A stretch of DNA of 64,000 nt from NCBI GenBank assembly GCA_951406725.2, contig OX597832.1:25048001-25112000 (forward strand). Direction: 5' to 3'. Source of the DNA: Octopus vulgaris (taxonomy: Eukaryota). A program made the position numbers and the translations under genes. Shown piece by piece: positions 13,702-26,677 of this stretch. Each line of letters begins with the position of its first letter. Within the stretch, counting starts at the first letter, position 1. The notes under the pieces were generated by a model. It did no database searches. It saw nothing but the letters and a program-made list of their open reading frames with translations, and had not been told where the DNA came from.

Positions 13702-14258
13702 ACTTCGTTTAATTTAATATTTTCGGGCAACACTTTTAAGGAAATGCATGAGGTACACAACATTGTTTTTGTGTCTTTTGGTAACCAATATTTTCGCTTT
13801 TTTTTTTTGTTAATTTGTTGTTTAGATTAACCCCACGTCATTATTAGATCGAGCTGATCTATTATAGAAGATATTCCAGTCGTGACCCATCGCGTATGTT
13901 TAAAGCATTATATGACTACGCTATCTTATACGTTCCTGCTTCATTTAATATGGTACGCAATGATATGAGGGATAATTCGCTACTGTTAGTTGCAGGTCTT
14001 ATATAATCAAGTTAAGGCGTGTGGAGTCGTGGTTAGAGTGTTGCATTCACGATAAAAGGATCGTAGTTTCGATTTCCGGAGGAGGCAGTACGCTCTGTTC
14101 CTCGGCAAAGCACTTCATTTGATGTAGCTCCAGTTCGTTTAGCTTTAAAGGGGTAAATTTACAACAGAGTGGCCCCTCGTTCAAGTGGTTGTTTTGATCT
14201 CTGCTACTTATGTGTCATGACGCAAGAGGGTAACTGGCCAATATCAGTTCCAGGACCC

Positions 14259-14296
<38 letters not shown>

Positions 14297-14419
14297 CAGT
14301 TCTACTAACCTCAAGATTCCCAGTTCTATTCCAGGCAGTGACCTGAATAATAATAATAATGATGATGATGATGATGATGATAATAATAATAATAATAATA
14401 ATCTAAAAAAAAAATTTCT

Positions 14420-14573
14420 GTATCAGACATTCACTAGTCCAACACCAAAAAAACCCCAAATATATGGCACACTAGGCATAACAACAACGTGAACTTCCAA
14501 CCTGTTGTCTCTTGAGGTCCCTGGGTGAGACTTGGAGCCAAATGGTACAGACATAAAGCAAAATTCAATCATA

Positions 14574-14628
<55 letters not shown>

Positions 14629-14870
14629 CATAATAATAATAATAGTACTCTACCCAAAAAATGTAAATACAACAACACATACATATGCACTACTAGGCAC
14701 TGCCCACATCCTACGCAGAACACTTTCCATACAATAACCATCAGAGCATCACAACAAATCACAGCACATACCCAAGGCACACAGAGCTGCGCTCGGTAGT
14801 GAAGTGAAAGCACGCTATAAAAATAAAAATAAAAATAAAACTACTGAATAATAATAATAATAATAATAAT
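14420..14870 (+). mobile_element. Two stacked 3' ends of R4/Dong-like non-LTR retrotransposons in (TAA)n
   Basis: C-terminus ALLGTAHILRRTLSIQ* plus a 3' UTR ending in (AAT)n. A second 3'-UTR-like unit at 14420-14575 also ends in (AAT)n. Confidence 0.7.
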
Positions 14871-14920
14871 TGCATTGAAAAATACCTTAGGAATGAGAAC
14901 CTAGGTTCGAAATTTCCCCA

Positions 14921-14967
14921 AGACACCTGATGAAGGCAGGAGGGTATATCAGCTGAAACGTCGTGTT
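14921..14967 (+). ncRNA. Minimal type-I hammerhead ribozyme (Penelope-type)
   Basis: GACAC CTGATGA AGGC...AGCT GAAAC GTC GTGTT. Canonical core, GUC cleavage triplet, ACGU palindromic helix III, helix I GACAC/GTGTT. Confidence 0.85.
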
Positions 14968-15013
14968 AACAACAGCAAAAATGAGGACAAATACTTAACT
15001 AATGTAAATAATG

Positions 15014-15095
<82 letters not shown>

Positions 15096-15621
15096 AATCA
15101 GACTACTTCTCTCAAAAACATAACACTAATCCTCAGTATATTTTTTATTAATTAAATACAGTTCTATCCGCTGACGCCGCTGATTTGTATTTTAATGAAT
15201 TAGCAATGACAGTAGAGCTGCCAGAGGGAGTCCAACGGTTAAAGGCCTCGTCTATGAACATTACACGCCATTGCTTTGTTAGCAGCCATGATATTAGTAA
15301 AGTCGGTATCACACTTATATTACATTGATAAAAGTGATATAAATAGCAATGAGAGGTTATTGTAATATCAAATGCTACGTGTTTAAACTGTTGCTGCAAA
15401 TCTGTTGTGCGCGAGGTTAATTGGCTTTTCAATAACTTTGGTTGACGACGTAGGTAAGGAAATCCCAAATGCCATCTAGAAAGCTGCATATATGGCTTCA
15501 CGAAGTTCTATAAATATCAGCCACATATCACTGAAATCTCATGGTAAGTCTCCGTCGTTTAGCGATGAGGATTCAATTGTTTGTTCAACAGAATTACCTG
15601 GTCTTGTCTTAACATATTGAG

Positions 15622-15839
15622 TATTCTTTTCTACCCTAGGCACAAGGCCTGAAATTTTTGGGAAGTGGGCCAGTCGATTAGATCGACCCTAGTATGCAAC
15701 TGGTACTTAATTTATCGACCCCGAAAGGATGAAAGGCAAAGTCGACCTCGGCGGAATTTGAACTCAGAACGTAACGGCAGACGAAATACGGCTACGCATT
15801 TCGCCCGGCGTGCTAACGTTTCTGTCAGCTCGCCGCCTT
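15622..15839 (-). mobile_element. SINE family B monomer with TSD TTAACATATTG
   Basis: Near-consensus copy with the duplication at 15609-15619 and 15838-15848. Confidence 0.9.
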
Positions 15840-16127
15840 AACATATTGTTTCCACAGAAACGTGTGCCCTTAGGGAAATTCTCAATTGGGGTCAGCATCA
15901 CTGATAAGGCTGTATCATTTGGATAGCTGGTGCTATCAATCCGATGGAATTCTGTGCCGTTTCCATCTGCGCAACTTCACTCACCATAAGATCCGACTGA
16001 AAATAGAAGTTATTTATAAAACACCCTTGTGTCTTTTAAAATACTCCTTCAATGGCCTGTACGATTTGCTGTCTACGTTCTCAACCATCGTATTGAAGAA
16101 CCATATAATCAAACTTACTGGCATTCC

Positions 16128-16430
16128 GTCATTTACGACGACGAGAATTCGAGCTGATCCGATTAACCGGGTAGCCTGCATGTGAAGTTAACGTGCAAGT
16201 GACGGAGCACTCCACAGAGATGCGTACTCTTAACGTAGTTCTCAGGGAGAGTCAGAGCGATAGATAATGTGACAAAGCTGGTCCATTGAACAAAAGGTAC
16301 CAATCATTTTCGAGAGTAGAGTATACTGGAGCAACGTGAAATAAATTATCTCACTCTAGGACGCAACGCATCGCCGGGAACCTGACTCACAACCTTACGA
16401 TCGTGTGCCAAATACCTTAACGCATGGGTC
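16128..16430 (-). mobile_element. Older SINE family C relative
   Basis: TTTACGACGACGAG...AACGTGCAAGTG...AACGTAGTTCTCAGGGAG. Confidence 0.75.
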
Positions 16431-16705
16431 ACGCATGTCTTCACTTACCATACAATCTAGCGCTCAAAACAGTCAGAAACTGTTAAACTTATAGCTTAGC
16501 GGCATTTCGTCCCCTTTTAATACACTGAGGTCGACTTCGCTTTTCATCCTCTCAGAGTCGATAAAATAAATACCAGTTGAGTACAGGGCTCAATGTAATC
16601 GACATGCCAACATTTCAGGCCTTGTGCTCATAGTAGAAAGGATTTTGAACTCAGATCCTTAAACCGAAAGAAATACTACTAAGTATTCTGCCCGGTGAGG
16701 CAACG

Positions 16706-16767
<62 letters not shown>

Positions 16768-16780
16768 GATGGGGGGGAAG

Positions 16781-17160
16781 CACTCTGTCGGTTACGACGA
16801 CGAGGGTTCCGGTTGATCCGAATCAACAGAACAGCCTGCTCGTGAAATTAACGTGCAAGTGGCTGAGCACTCCACAGACACGTGCACCCTTAACGTAGTT
16901 CTCAGGGATATTCAGCGTGACACAGAGAGTGACAAGGCCGGCCTCTTGAAATACAGGTACAACAGAAATAGAAAGTAAGAGTGAGAGAAAGTTGTGGTGA
17001 AAGAGTACAGCAGGGATCACCACCATCCCCTGCCGGAGCCTCGTGGAGCTTTTTAGGTGTTTTCGCTCAATAAACATTCACAACGCCCGGTCTGGGAATC
17101 GAAACCGCGATCCTATGACCGCGAGTCCGCTGCCCTAACCACTGGGCCATTGCGCCTCCA
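16781..17160 (-). mobile_element. Full-length tRNA-derived SINE family C with 11-bp TSD
   Basis: Minus-strand head TGGAGGCGCAATGGCCCAGTGGTTAGG...GGTTTCGATTCCC (A and B boxes). TSD TAATGAGGATG at 16761 and 17162. Confidence 0.9.
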
Positions 17161-17578
17161 CTAATGAGGATGATGATGATGATAGGAAATGATATCGTTG
17201 TAAAAATGTAATCATATTCTCAATGTTTAAGCTTTCGATATTTCGTTCAACTGCAACTAACGAATTACGGTTCAGGGGTCTCATATCGACACAAAATTAT
17301 ACAAACGTTCAGTTTATTTGTTTATTTACTGAAAGACAAAAAAAACACACACAAAAAAAAACATGAAGAAACGTGGTTTAATGAATATTTAATGAGAGTA
17401 GATGACAATAATTTCGATCGTTATTTGCCTTCGCTCGCAGTTGTCACCAGCGAGGTTAAACCTGATTAGAAATAGCAATCAGTGGAAAATTGGTGGAAGT
17501 GCTTCTTATGGCCATACACCCCACCCACCCCCTCACCGTTATGAATTATAATTTTTACGTGGAGCTTATAAACACACG

Positions 17579-17642
<64 letters not shown>

Positions 17643-18024
17643 CTCTTTGTTTTTCTGTTTGTCTCTGTCCCTCACCCTCTCTTTCACACACACACATACA
17701 CACACACACATACACACACTCTTTCTGTTTGTCCCTGCGTGTCTGTCTCTCTCTCTTTCACACGTACGCACACACACTCTCTCTCTTTCTGTTTGCCTCT
17801 CACCCTCTTTTGCACACACACTCACTCTCTCTCTTTCTGTTTCTCTCTCACTCTCTCTTTCACAAACACTCACCCTCTCTTTCACACACACTGCCTCTCT
17901 CTCTCTTTCTGTTTCTCTCTCACTCTCTCTTTCACAAACACTCACTCTCTCTTTCACACACACTCACTCACTCTCTCATTCTGTTTGGCTCTGTCCGTCT
18001 GTCTACCTGTCTCTCTCTCTTTCA

Positions 18025-18057
<33 letters not shown>

Positions 18058-18932
18058 GCACACACACACACACATACACACACACACACATGTATTCTCA
18101 TAAAAGGCTAAATATATATTTGATGATTACAGACATTTGCCTGCTTTATTTCGTCTTGACTCTCATTGCCCGTTCTCTCATGTCCGTTTCATTACATATG
18201 TGTGTTCGTGTGTACGTGTATGCACTCACGTGAGCACATGTGTATGTATGTATGTATGTATGTATGTATGTATGTATGTATGTATGTTTGTATTGCTCTT
18301 CTTACAACTTGCTATTTACTGTTCAATCTACAAATGTTATTTTGTCACTGCTTACCTCAGTTCCTTTTTCTCTCTTAGTTTGTTTATTCAGTCCGTCCCT
18401 GTATACCTTGGCAGATGACATTGTTCTCATCACCTAACTAAATGATATTTTCGGAAGGTGTCGAAATTTTCATGTTATTCGGTCGACAACTGATGTGGTG
18501 CCTTAAAGCGTGTGAATTTTAGCGTTTTTCTCTTGATCTCGTAAATTACTTTGTCGTTTTCTGTGCCACCTTTTACTATTTACGCACATAAATACAGAGA
18601 GAATACATTCGCACATACATACATAACTCATACATACATACGTACGTATTTATGTATGCAGCATGCATGTATATATATATATATCCATGTCCGTATTGCG
18701 ATTTCGCTTAGGTATGGCGACACTAATAACCAGTTGTTAAAATTCAATATATATATCTTTTCGAGCATCATAACAATCATGGCGCGACAAGAAATAAGAA
18801 TGACGTAATTAAGTTCATTAGTTCATTATGTAATTACTCTTCGTTTGTCACTCATTTAATTCTTTTATGTTTATATGTAATTCAGTTATATATATATTTA
18901 GAAAACAAAGTTGTTTTATTCCACACGGGTAG

Positions 18933-19320
18933 AAATATAGGAGGTATGGAAGTTGAAAATGCACTTAGAATAGTTTAAATATTTTTTATTAATATATTTA
19001 AAGTTTTTACCGGTTTCACAGTTTACACTGATTTTCAAAAAATTCAGACAGAAAGACGTGGGCTATGTCGCAGCTGTCCTGCTTCTAACTAGTGTTTTAA
19101 GCTTGCCCTATTTTTATAGGGAGTTCTTGGGTCAAATTAGTACATGTTTTGAATAGGACACAAATCAGAAGCATGGCAGCTGCGACATAAGCCACGTCTT
19201 TCTATTTGAACTTCTGGAAAATCAGTGTAAACTGTGAAACCGGTTAAAGCTTTAAATATATTTTAAATATATATTTGAACTATTCTCAGTACATTTTCAA
19301 CTTCAATTCTTCCGATATAT
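18933..19320. mobile_element. Fold-back element with ~150-bp imperfect inverted arms, each containing an HHR-like motif
   Basis: GAAGTTGAAAATG...ACCGGTTTCACAGTTTACACTGATTTTC...TATGTCGCAGCTG is mirrored by CAGCTGCGACATA...GAAAATCAGTGTAAACTGTGAAACCGGT...CATTTTCAACTTC. Confidence 0.85.
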
Positions 19321-19927
19321 ATAAATAAATATATATATATATGGAGCAAAAACGCAATAGAGGACATTAAAACGTTGGGTTAGATAAACGATACAAAGGC
19401 CGACAAGAGAAACAACAATTAGAAAGACACATACATATATGCAGATATACATACATATATGTATATACCTACATCTATATGTATATATACATGCATATAT
19501 GGGTACAGGAATAAAAAAAAACATAGACAGAATGGGAAACGAGAACATAAGAAACAAAAACATAGAAAACGAACATTTTTCGAACAACGAAAAAAAAAAT
19601 AAACAGAAAAACGAGACAAGCAACATAAAGAACATTCCCTTCATCAGTTGTCCACTGTTTTAACTACTCCGCGTTTAGAAGGTAAGGATAAGACATGACT
19701 TCCCAAAGCAAATTAAATAAAATTTGGGATTTTTTGCGGAAAGTGGTAACAAAAACAGGACGGTGAGAACAAAACAGTAAAAACAAACGAGCTGTTAAGC
19801 CCAGACGATCTGAAGTGAGGAACGCTGTAAAAATGAGATTTGAGAAGAGACAGATGAAAGCACGTCTTGTCTTTAGGAATGGAAGTGGAAGAAAGAAAGA
19901 ATGGCCATTGGTCACGTATGAGCAACG

Positions 19928-19982
<55 letters not shown>

Positions 19983-20000
19983 AGAGAGAGAGAGAGAGAG

Positions 20001-20049
<49 letters not shown>

Positions 20050-20059
20050 TATATGTAGG

Positions 20060-20144
<85 letters not shown>

Positions 20145-20771
20145 AGGGGAATGATGGTGGGGTAGGCATTCGAAGGCGATAACAAAAGATGACGGGTGAT
20201 GTTGTGAAGCTTAAGCAGCGCCTATTGAAGTAGGTATTAGCAAGAGTAAGTTGATTGGAAATACCCACAAAGGCCATGGAAGGATGTATCATTAGATTGT
20301 CTATCGATTAACCAATTTCCTATGGTTATATCTGTTGTTATTCATATAATTTGATATTCAAATCAATCTTTTAAAGACTGTCAAAGGAAGTATTTTTACT
20401 TGATTGAGTTCAAATTGCGGAATAACGATTTCGGCTCAGTAACTACAAATATTATACAAAAAAAAAAACAATAAAAAAGAAAAAGAAAAAGCATTCTAAT
20501 ATCATTGCCAAACACGTAAAACTAGTATAATAACAATATTACTATTAAAGATGATGAGATTAACAAAAAAATACTAATAAAGATAATGATAATAAAATCA
20601 CTCATAATGATAATCTTAATGTCAATAACAACAGAAACATCAACTATCACCACCACCACCACCACCACTACCACCACCGCCGCCGCCGTCGCCGCCGTCG
20701 CCACCACCGTCAACAAAAAACAACAAAAATGATTTTATTAAAAATAAATAATCTTATTGCTCTGATGCTGG

Positions 20772-20802
<31 letters not shown>

Positions 20803-21315
20803 TTTAATGATAATGTTGATAATGATAATGATGGTGATGATGTTGAATTTAATAATAACAGTTGCGATGATTTCAAGAATTCATAAATTATTTATTCCTT
20901 TTGTTTTTTTTACTGTTTTCGTTTCATTTCATTTTTTTAAGGGATTTTTCGTTTCCCTTTCGTATTTAATTCTTTAAATCGAAGATATATTTAGATATTT
21001 TATTTTTTCACAGAAATCGAATTGCTATTTAATCGATTATTTTATGAGTAACACCTCACCTAGATTTTTTTTCAAAATTTGTCTTTTGTTTTGATTTTTT
21101 TTGTTTTCCTCTTCTACCTCTCGTTGTTTATTTTTATTAGTTTTTTTGTTCTCATTTAGAAATTTTTTCTTGTATCTTCTTTCTTAATTTACAACTTCTA
21201 CTACCACTGATGCTGCTGCTGCGGCTGCTGCTGCGGCTGCTGCTGCGGCTGCTGCTGCTACTGACGCTTCAATCATCATTATTCAAATTACTGAGAATTG
21301 AGCAATTATTTTATT

Positions 21316-21495
21316 CTTTTGTTTCAGTCATTTGACTACGGCCATGCTGTAGTATCGCCTTTAGCCGAAAAATCTTTATAAGCCTAGTACTTATTCTGTC
21401 GATCTCTTATGCCGAACCGCTATGTTACGGAGATGTAAAGACAACAACATCGGTTGTCAAGCGATGGTGGTGGACAAAAACAGACACACAAAGAT

Positions 21496-21528
<33 letters not shown>

Positions 21529-21671
21529 CACGACGGGCTTTTTTTCTGTTTCCGTCTACCAAATCTACTCACAAGGCTTTGGTCGACCCGAGGCTGTATT
21601 AGAAGACACTTGCCCAAGATACCATGCAGTGGGACTGAACCCGGAACCATGTTGTTGGTAAGCTAGCTACT
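21316..21671 (-). mobile_element. SINE family A interrupted near its 5' end (remainder at 22673-22701)
   Basis: Homology stops at TTGGTAAGCTAGCTAC and resumes at AAGCAGGCTTCTTACCACACAACCA. Confidence 0.85.
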
Positions 21672-22672
21672 TTATTTCATACAATTTGCCACAGGGGCAT
21701 GACATAGAGTAACTGCGGGCTGGACAATTTCATTAATGGGATGAAATGAATATAAAAATATGAATGAGGGGAGCGAACCGCACCCGCCGGCCGCCTGTCT
21801 TCTCGAAAACAACGCTCTTTTTAGAGTAAACAGAATGAGGTTTCAAACCTCTTATCATTTCACAATGACAAGGCTTCCCTTCCTCTTACCCGTAGTCCAC
21901 TTCTTCAACATCTTCAAATTCAGTATCGCTTCTGACCCCATACCCAGCCATTTCTACAACTCACTCAAGCATAAAGCCTGTGTTATGTCGGTGCCACCCG
22001 GCCATAAACGATACTCCTCTCTGAGTTCCTTCGGCCTTTTACCCACGGGCACTTTTATGACCTCCGCAGCCAGCTGCGGAGGTCATTCGGGATCCCGTGT
22101 AGGCCAGAACTATTCCCTCTTGGCGCTTCTCCAACACCTTCTTCATATCCCCGCTCCTGTAGAAGAAGACAAGTAATTCTTCTCCTTTAGGGGGCGGGAT
22201 AGTCACTTCCACCGTACGTGGCACAATTCCCACCGAAGATGGCTCTTCACCCGTCGGTGGCACAATTCGCTCTGATGAAGTTCCGGGACATGCCGGTATT
22301 GTGTTACGGACTGCCGGCAATGTCCCGTTTTTCTTTTTCCTCCTCTTTTTTCTTTCTTACTGTGGAAGGGTGGGTTCTCTCCGAAACTATTCATTAAAAG
22401 TGAACAATTTTTTGGAAGCGAGATATGCCCCCAAAACAACGATTCTCACAATTAAGTGAGAAAAACTATTCCCTCAACTGCAGGAAGACCAGAGTCCAGA
22501 ATCCAGTGAGGACTTCTTGCTTGTACAAAAATAATTACGGCAAACAAACAACCCCCACTGGACCCAAAAAAGCCCCCAAAAGTCTTACCTTACAGTTGAG
22601 CTTCTTTTACAATCAATTTTCGCCCACTTCTATTCAGTGGTACGAGCAACACTGATATTACGCATGCGCGAG
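21672..22672 (-). mobile_element. ~1-kb inserted element, probably a non-autonomous or internally deleted LINE derivative with broken ORF1-like coding
   Basis: More GC-rich than its surroundings and nested in a SINE, with a degenerate 12-bp TSD. Minus-strand ORF fragment 22039..22320; AATAAA at the minus-strand 3' end. Confidence 0.6.
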
Positions 22673-22806
22673 AAGCAGGCTTCTTACCACACAACCATTC
22701 CTTAACAATTAGTAGTACTTGATGACTGCTATAATTACTGTTCGTGCTAAAGAAGCTATCATCATGATTACTAAATAAATACTTCGTCTGATTGCTATTT
22801 TATAAT

Positions 22807-22924
<118 letters not shown>

Positions 22925-22939
22925 AAGAAGAAGAATTCT

Positions 22940-23860
22940 GTCTCTTTTGACATAAGTCGGCAGTTTTAGGACTGAGGATTATTCAGTTCTATCAACCCTG
23001 TTACTTGACGGACACTTTATTTTATTGAAGTCGCAATAGATGAAAGGAGATGACAACCTCGGCAGCTTTTAAATTCGGAATGTTAAGAGCCGGAAGAAAC
23101 GTCGTAAAGTATTCTGGCTGACATGCCAACTGTTCTGTCAGCTGGAATTTTTTTTTTTATCATGCTTAATAATTGCATGTAATATTAGCAAAGAGCCATG
23201 AATTTGTGGAGAGGGTCATAGTCAATTATATCGATCTCAGTACCTGATTAGTTCTTTATTTTATCGATCGACGTTGGAACAATAAAATACAAAATAACCT
23301 CGGCGGAATTTGAACTCAGATCATACAAACCCGGAAGAAGTCTTTCAGGCAATTTCTACAACGCTTTAATGACAGGACAAATCATTGCCCTTCTACTATT
23401 TCTAGCATTTTTTTTTTCTAGCAGAGTCGCTAGAGTGGATAGAGAATTGTTAGGCTGTTACTAGACCGGTACTTTTTTGACCCCTAGATGAAATAACAGC
23501 ACTGCTTACCCCGGTCCAATTTGAATTTATCTACCACATCTAATAATTGTTTCTGATTGGAGGCGTAAAGAAAATTCGATAAGAGATTGTAAGTCGATAC
23601 CATCGACTCAAGGATATGACTGGTATATTATTTTATCCTCCTCAAAATGACGAAAACCGAAGTTGACCTCGGCGGGATTTGAACTCAGAACGTAAAAAGC
23701 CGGGAAGCCATCTCTATTATGTTAGTAATATAGACGGGAAACCTGAAATTAGTGGGGAGCTGATTAGTCGAAGCCATTGACTGAAGTATTTCACTGGTAC
23801 TTTATTTTATCGATCTCGAAATGATGAAACGCCAACTTGACTTCAGTTAGATTTCAACTT
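22940..23860 (-). mobile_element. Cluster of old, diverged SINE family B copies
   Basis: Recurrent ACCTCGGCGG(A/G)ATTTGAACTCAGA and TTTATTTTATCGA motifs. Confidence 0.7.
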
Positions 23861-24583
23861 GGAAAGAAAAGAGCTTCTATGCTAGCTACAATAACTATTT
23901 CTTACATACGCACAAAATCAGAAATATGAAGGGAAGGGTTAGTCGGTATCATTGATGCCAATCTTAACTAGTGCTTTAATGCCACTTCCAATAATTGCTG
24001 TAATTTAGCCACGAAGAGCAAACAGCCTTCCTGTGTCTACTGCCAAATGCTTAACAAAATTGAAAAGATTAAAAACATAAGCAATTGTAGAATGGATGGG
24101 AAGGTAAAATTCTCACTGAATTCGGTAAATGATTGATGAGAGTAATGAGTGAATAACCCTAATTCGAAAGCCCCAAAGAATAACTGGGATTATCATGGTA
24201 CCTTGTGGGTACCATGGTAGCCATTCATATGTACTTTTTCTTCATTTGTCTGAGCTGACAATCTAAATATTGGGACATTTTCTTTAGAGGCTATTCTGGC
24301 TCAGGTTTTGTATTTCCTTTGTTTATCGATTCTACGTAAATCTTAACGATTTTTCTATCTGGTCCATGTAGCTTTCCTTCGCCCAGAGATCTTGAAGCAA
24401 TCGTAAGATATCACGAAGCAGATTACCATCATTACCATCACAACCGTCGACTTTCAATTTGACCCAACGTCAAATTCGACCCAATGTTAACCTCCGTCTT
24501 ACTAATGATTCGTAAATGATTTACGAGAGCAATGCTTACACCTGACGTTTACACACATGCACTCTCTCTTTCACACACACACA

Positions 24584-24617
<34 letters not shown>

Positions 24618-24684
24618 CATACATGCGCACACAGTCACACATGTATGTCTATATGTATGCGATACATATATATATATATGTACA

Positions 24685-24720
<36 letters not shown>

Positions 24721-24743
24721 GATGGATAAATAGGTGTATATAT

Positions 24744-24784
<41 letters not shown>

Positions 24785-24836
24785 TTATGTACATGTATAT
24801 ATATATACATATGTGTGTGTGTTTGTGTATATGTGT

Positions 24837-24874
<38 letters not shown>

Positions 24875-24957
24875 CTATATATACAGCTAGATAGAAAGAA
24901 AGAGAGAAAGATACGATTCGAAACTACTATCCTATATTGTAGTAGTAGTAGTAGTAA

Positions 24958-25026
<69 letters not shown>

Positions 25027-25361
25027 TTGAAGCAGCAGCAGCAGACGACAGTACTGGTAGCAAGAGCAGCAGCGGTATCAGCAGTAGTAGTAGTAAAATC
25101 ATTTGTATTTGACATTCATATGTTTATTTTTATAAACATACATCATATCATTAGAGTTCTTTTAAAATATAAACTGTCTCTTATCACCTTAACACAATAA
25201 CCTGGAAACCTAATTCTTTATAAAACGCCATCATCAGGATTATAGATTATCGGATTAAAAAAACTATTTTCCACCATGTTTTTTTTTTTTGAATCGAAGT
25301 TTATTTCAAATGTCTCTTTTATTTTGAATTCCTAAAATTGTATATAACGTGCTATAATCAC

Positions 25362-25398
<37 letters not shown>

Positions 25399-25599
25399 TT
25401 CTTCTTCTTCTTCTTCTCCTTCTTCTTCTTCTTCTTGTTCTTCTTCTTCGCTGTGGTAGTATCACCCCTTAATCGATGTTAACCCCCATATGTTCTTGTA
25501 ACTTTTACTGTGTTGCATTTTTGTGTGTGTGTGTTTGCGCTGTAAATCTTCCTTCGATATCGTCCTCCATGTCTGGAGCCCTTGTAGCAAAAAACGAAA

Positions 25600-25662
<63 letters not shown>

Positions 25663-25949
25663 GGGCGGCGAGCAGGCAGAATCGTTAGCGCGCTGGATGT
25701 TTGTTTGCTTACCGGTATTTTGCCAGTCGCTACATTCTGAGTTTAAATTTCGCCTAGTCCGACTTTACATCTCAACATTTCGGGGTAGATAAAATAAATA
25801 CCAGTTGAATATTGAGGTCGATATAATCGACTCATTCTCACTCCACAAACTGTCCTTGTGGTAAAAAATTGAAACCATTAAAAGTATTATCATTATTATA
25901 GACGTCGCACAGTATACAACTTTGTTAGGCTGTTGATTGAAGATATTGT

Positions 25950-26665
25950 GTCTACCAGGGGTTTGTACAGTATTTTACACAATATGCGTGCAGTTCCAAG
26001 TAATGCCGACTTTTGCAATACATCTAGATTGTAGGGTATCTCTAAGGTCTTCAGATGTTTTTTTCCAGATTGGGTGGTATTAAACCCAAAGCACCGATAA
26101 CAAAAGATATAACCTTTATGTTCGACTCTCGTAGCTGCTACATCTCAGCAATTTCAATTCTCAGGTCTCCATATTTATCAATCTTTTCTCTTTCTTTCAT
26201 GATGACATGTTGATCTCCTGGCACTGCCATGTTGATTATTAGGCATTCTTGTTTGTCCCTCCTAAAGGTTACTATATCCGGCTTTCGGCACTCTAACACT
26301 TTGTCTGTCTGGAAGTCAAAGTCCACGAGAATTCTTGCCTTCCCCTTTTCATTCATTACCTTTTCCGGTGTATGTTGGTACCAAGCACCCGTAATATCCA
26401 TACTTACGGCATAGTAGTCAGTGAAGTTTTGGGGCTACCTTGTCGTGTCTACGTTTGTACTCTTTCTGCGCAAGCAAGACTTTCACAAGCAGTAACAGTC
26501 ACGCTTTCGACCCTCTTCCCACACATTCTGCAGAGGTCTGTTGCACTTGTGTGGTATATATTCTTTTTCACTGAGTTGGTATTCAATGCCTGATTGTAGG
26601 CAGCAATGATTAGGTTTCCAGTATTCATTTTTTAGGTCACCCTTCTCGATCAACCTCCATGATGC
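25950..26665 (-). pseudogene. R4/Dong-clade non-LTR retrotransposon fragment (zinc knuckle plus restriction-like endonuclease)
   Basis: CRMCG...ESV...ACESLAQKEYKRRHDKV; ILVDFDFQTDKVLECRKPDIV...KEREKIDKYGDL; QKSALLGTARIL. Confidence 0.85.
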
Positions 26666-26677
26666 TTCCTTATTATT

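Noticed and set aside
17085-17160. tRNA gene (also 48905-48982 and 59900-59976)
   Set aside because: The tRNA-like head continues into a SINE body with a TSD, so it is not a standalone tRNA.
19620-19690. Hammerhead around minus-strand CTGATGAAGGG
   Set aside because: No GAAA follows helix II, and the upstream candidate reads TAAAC. A permuted form is possible but unsupported here.
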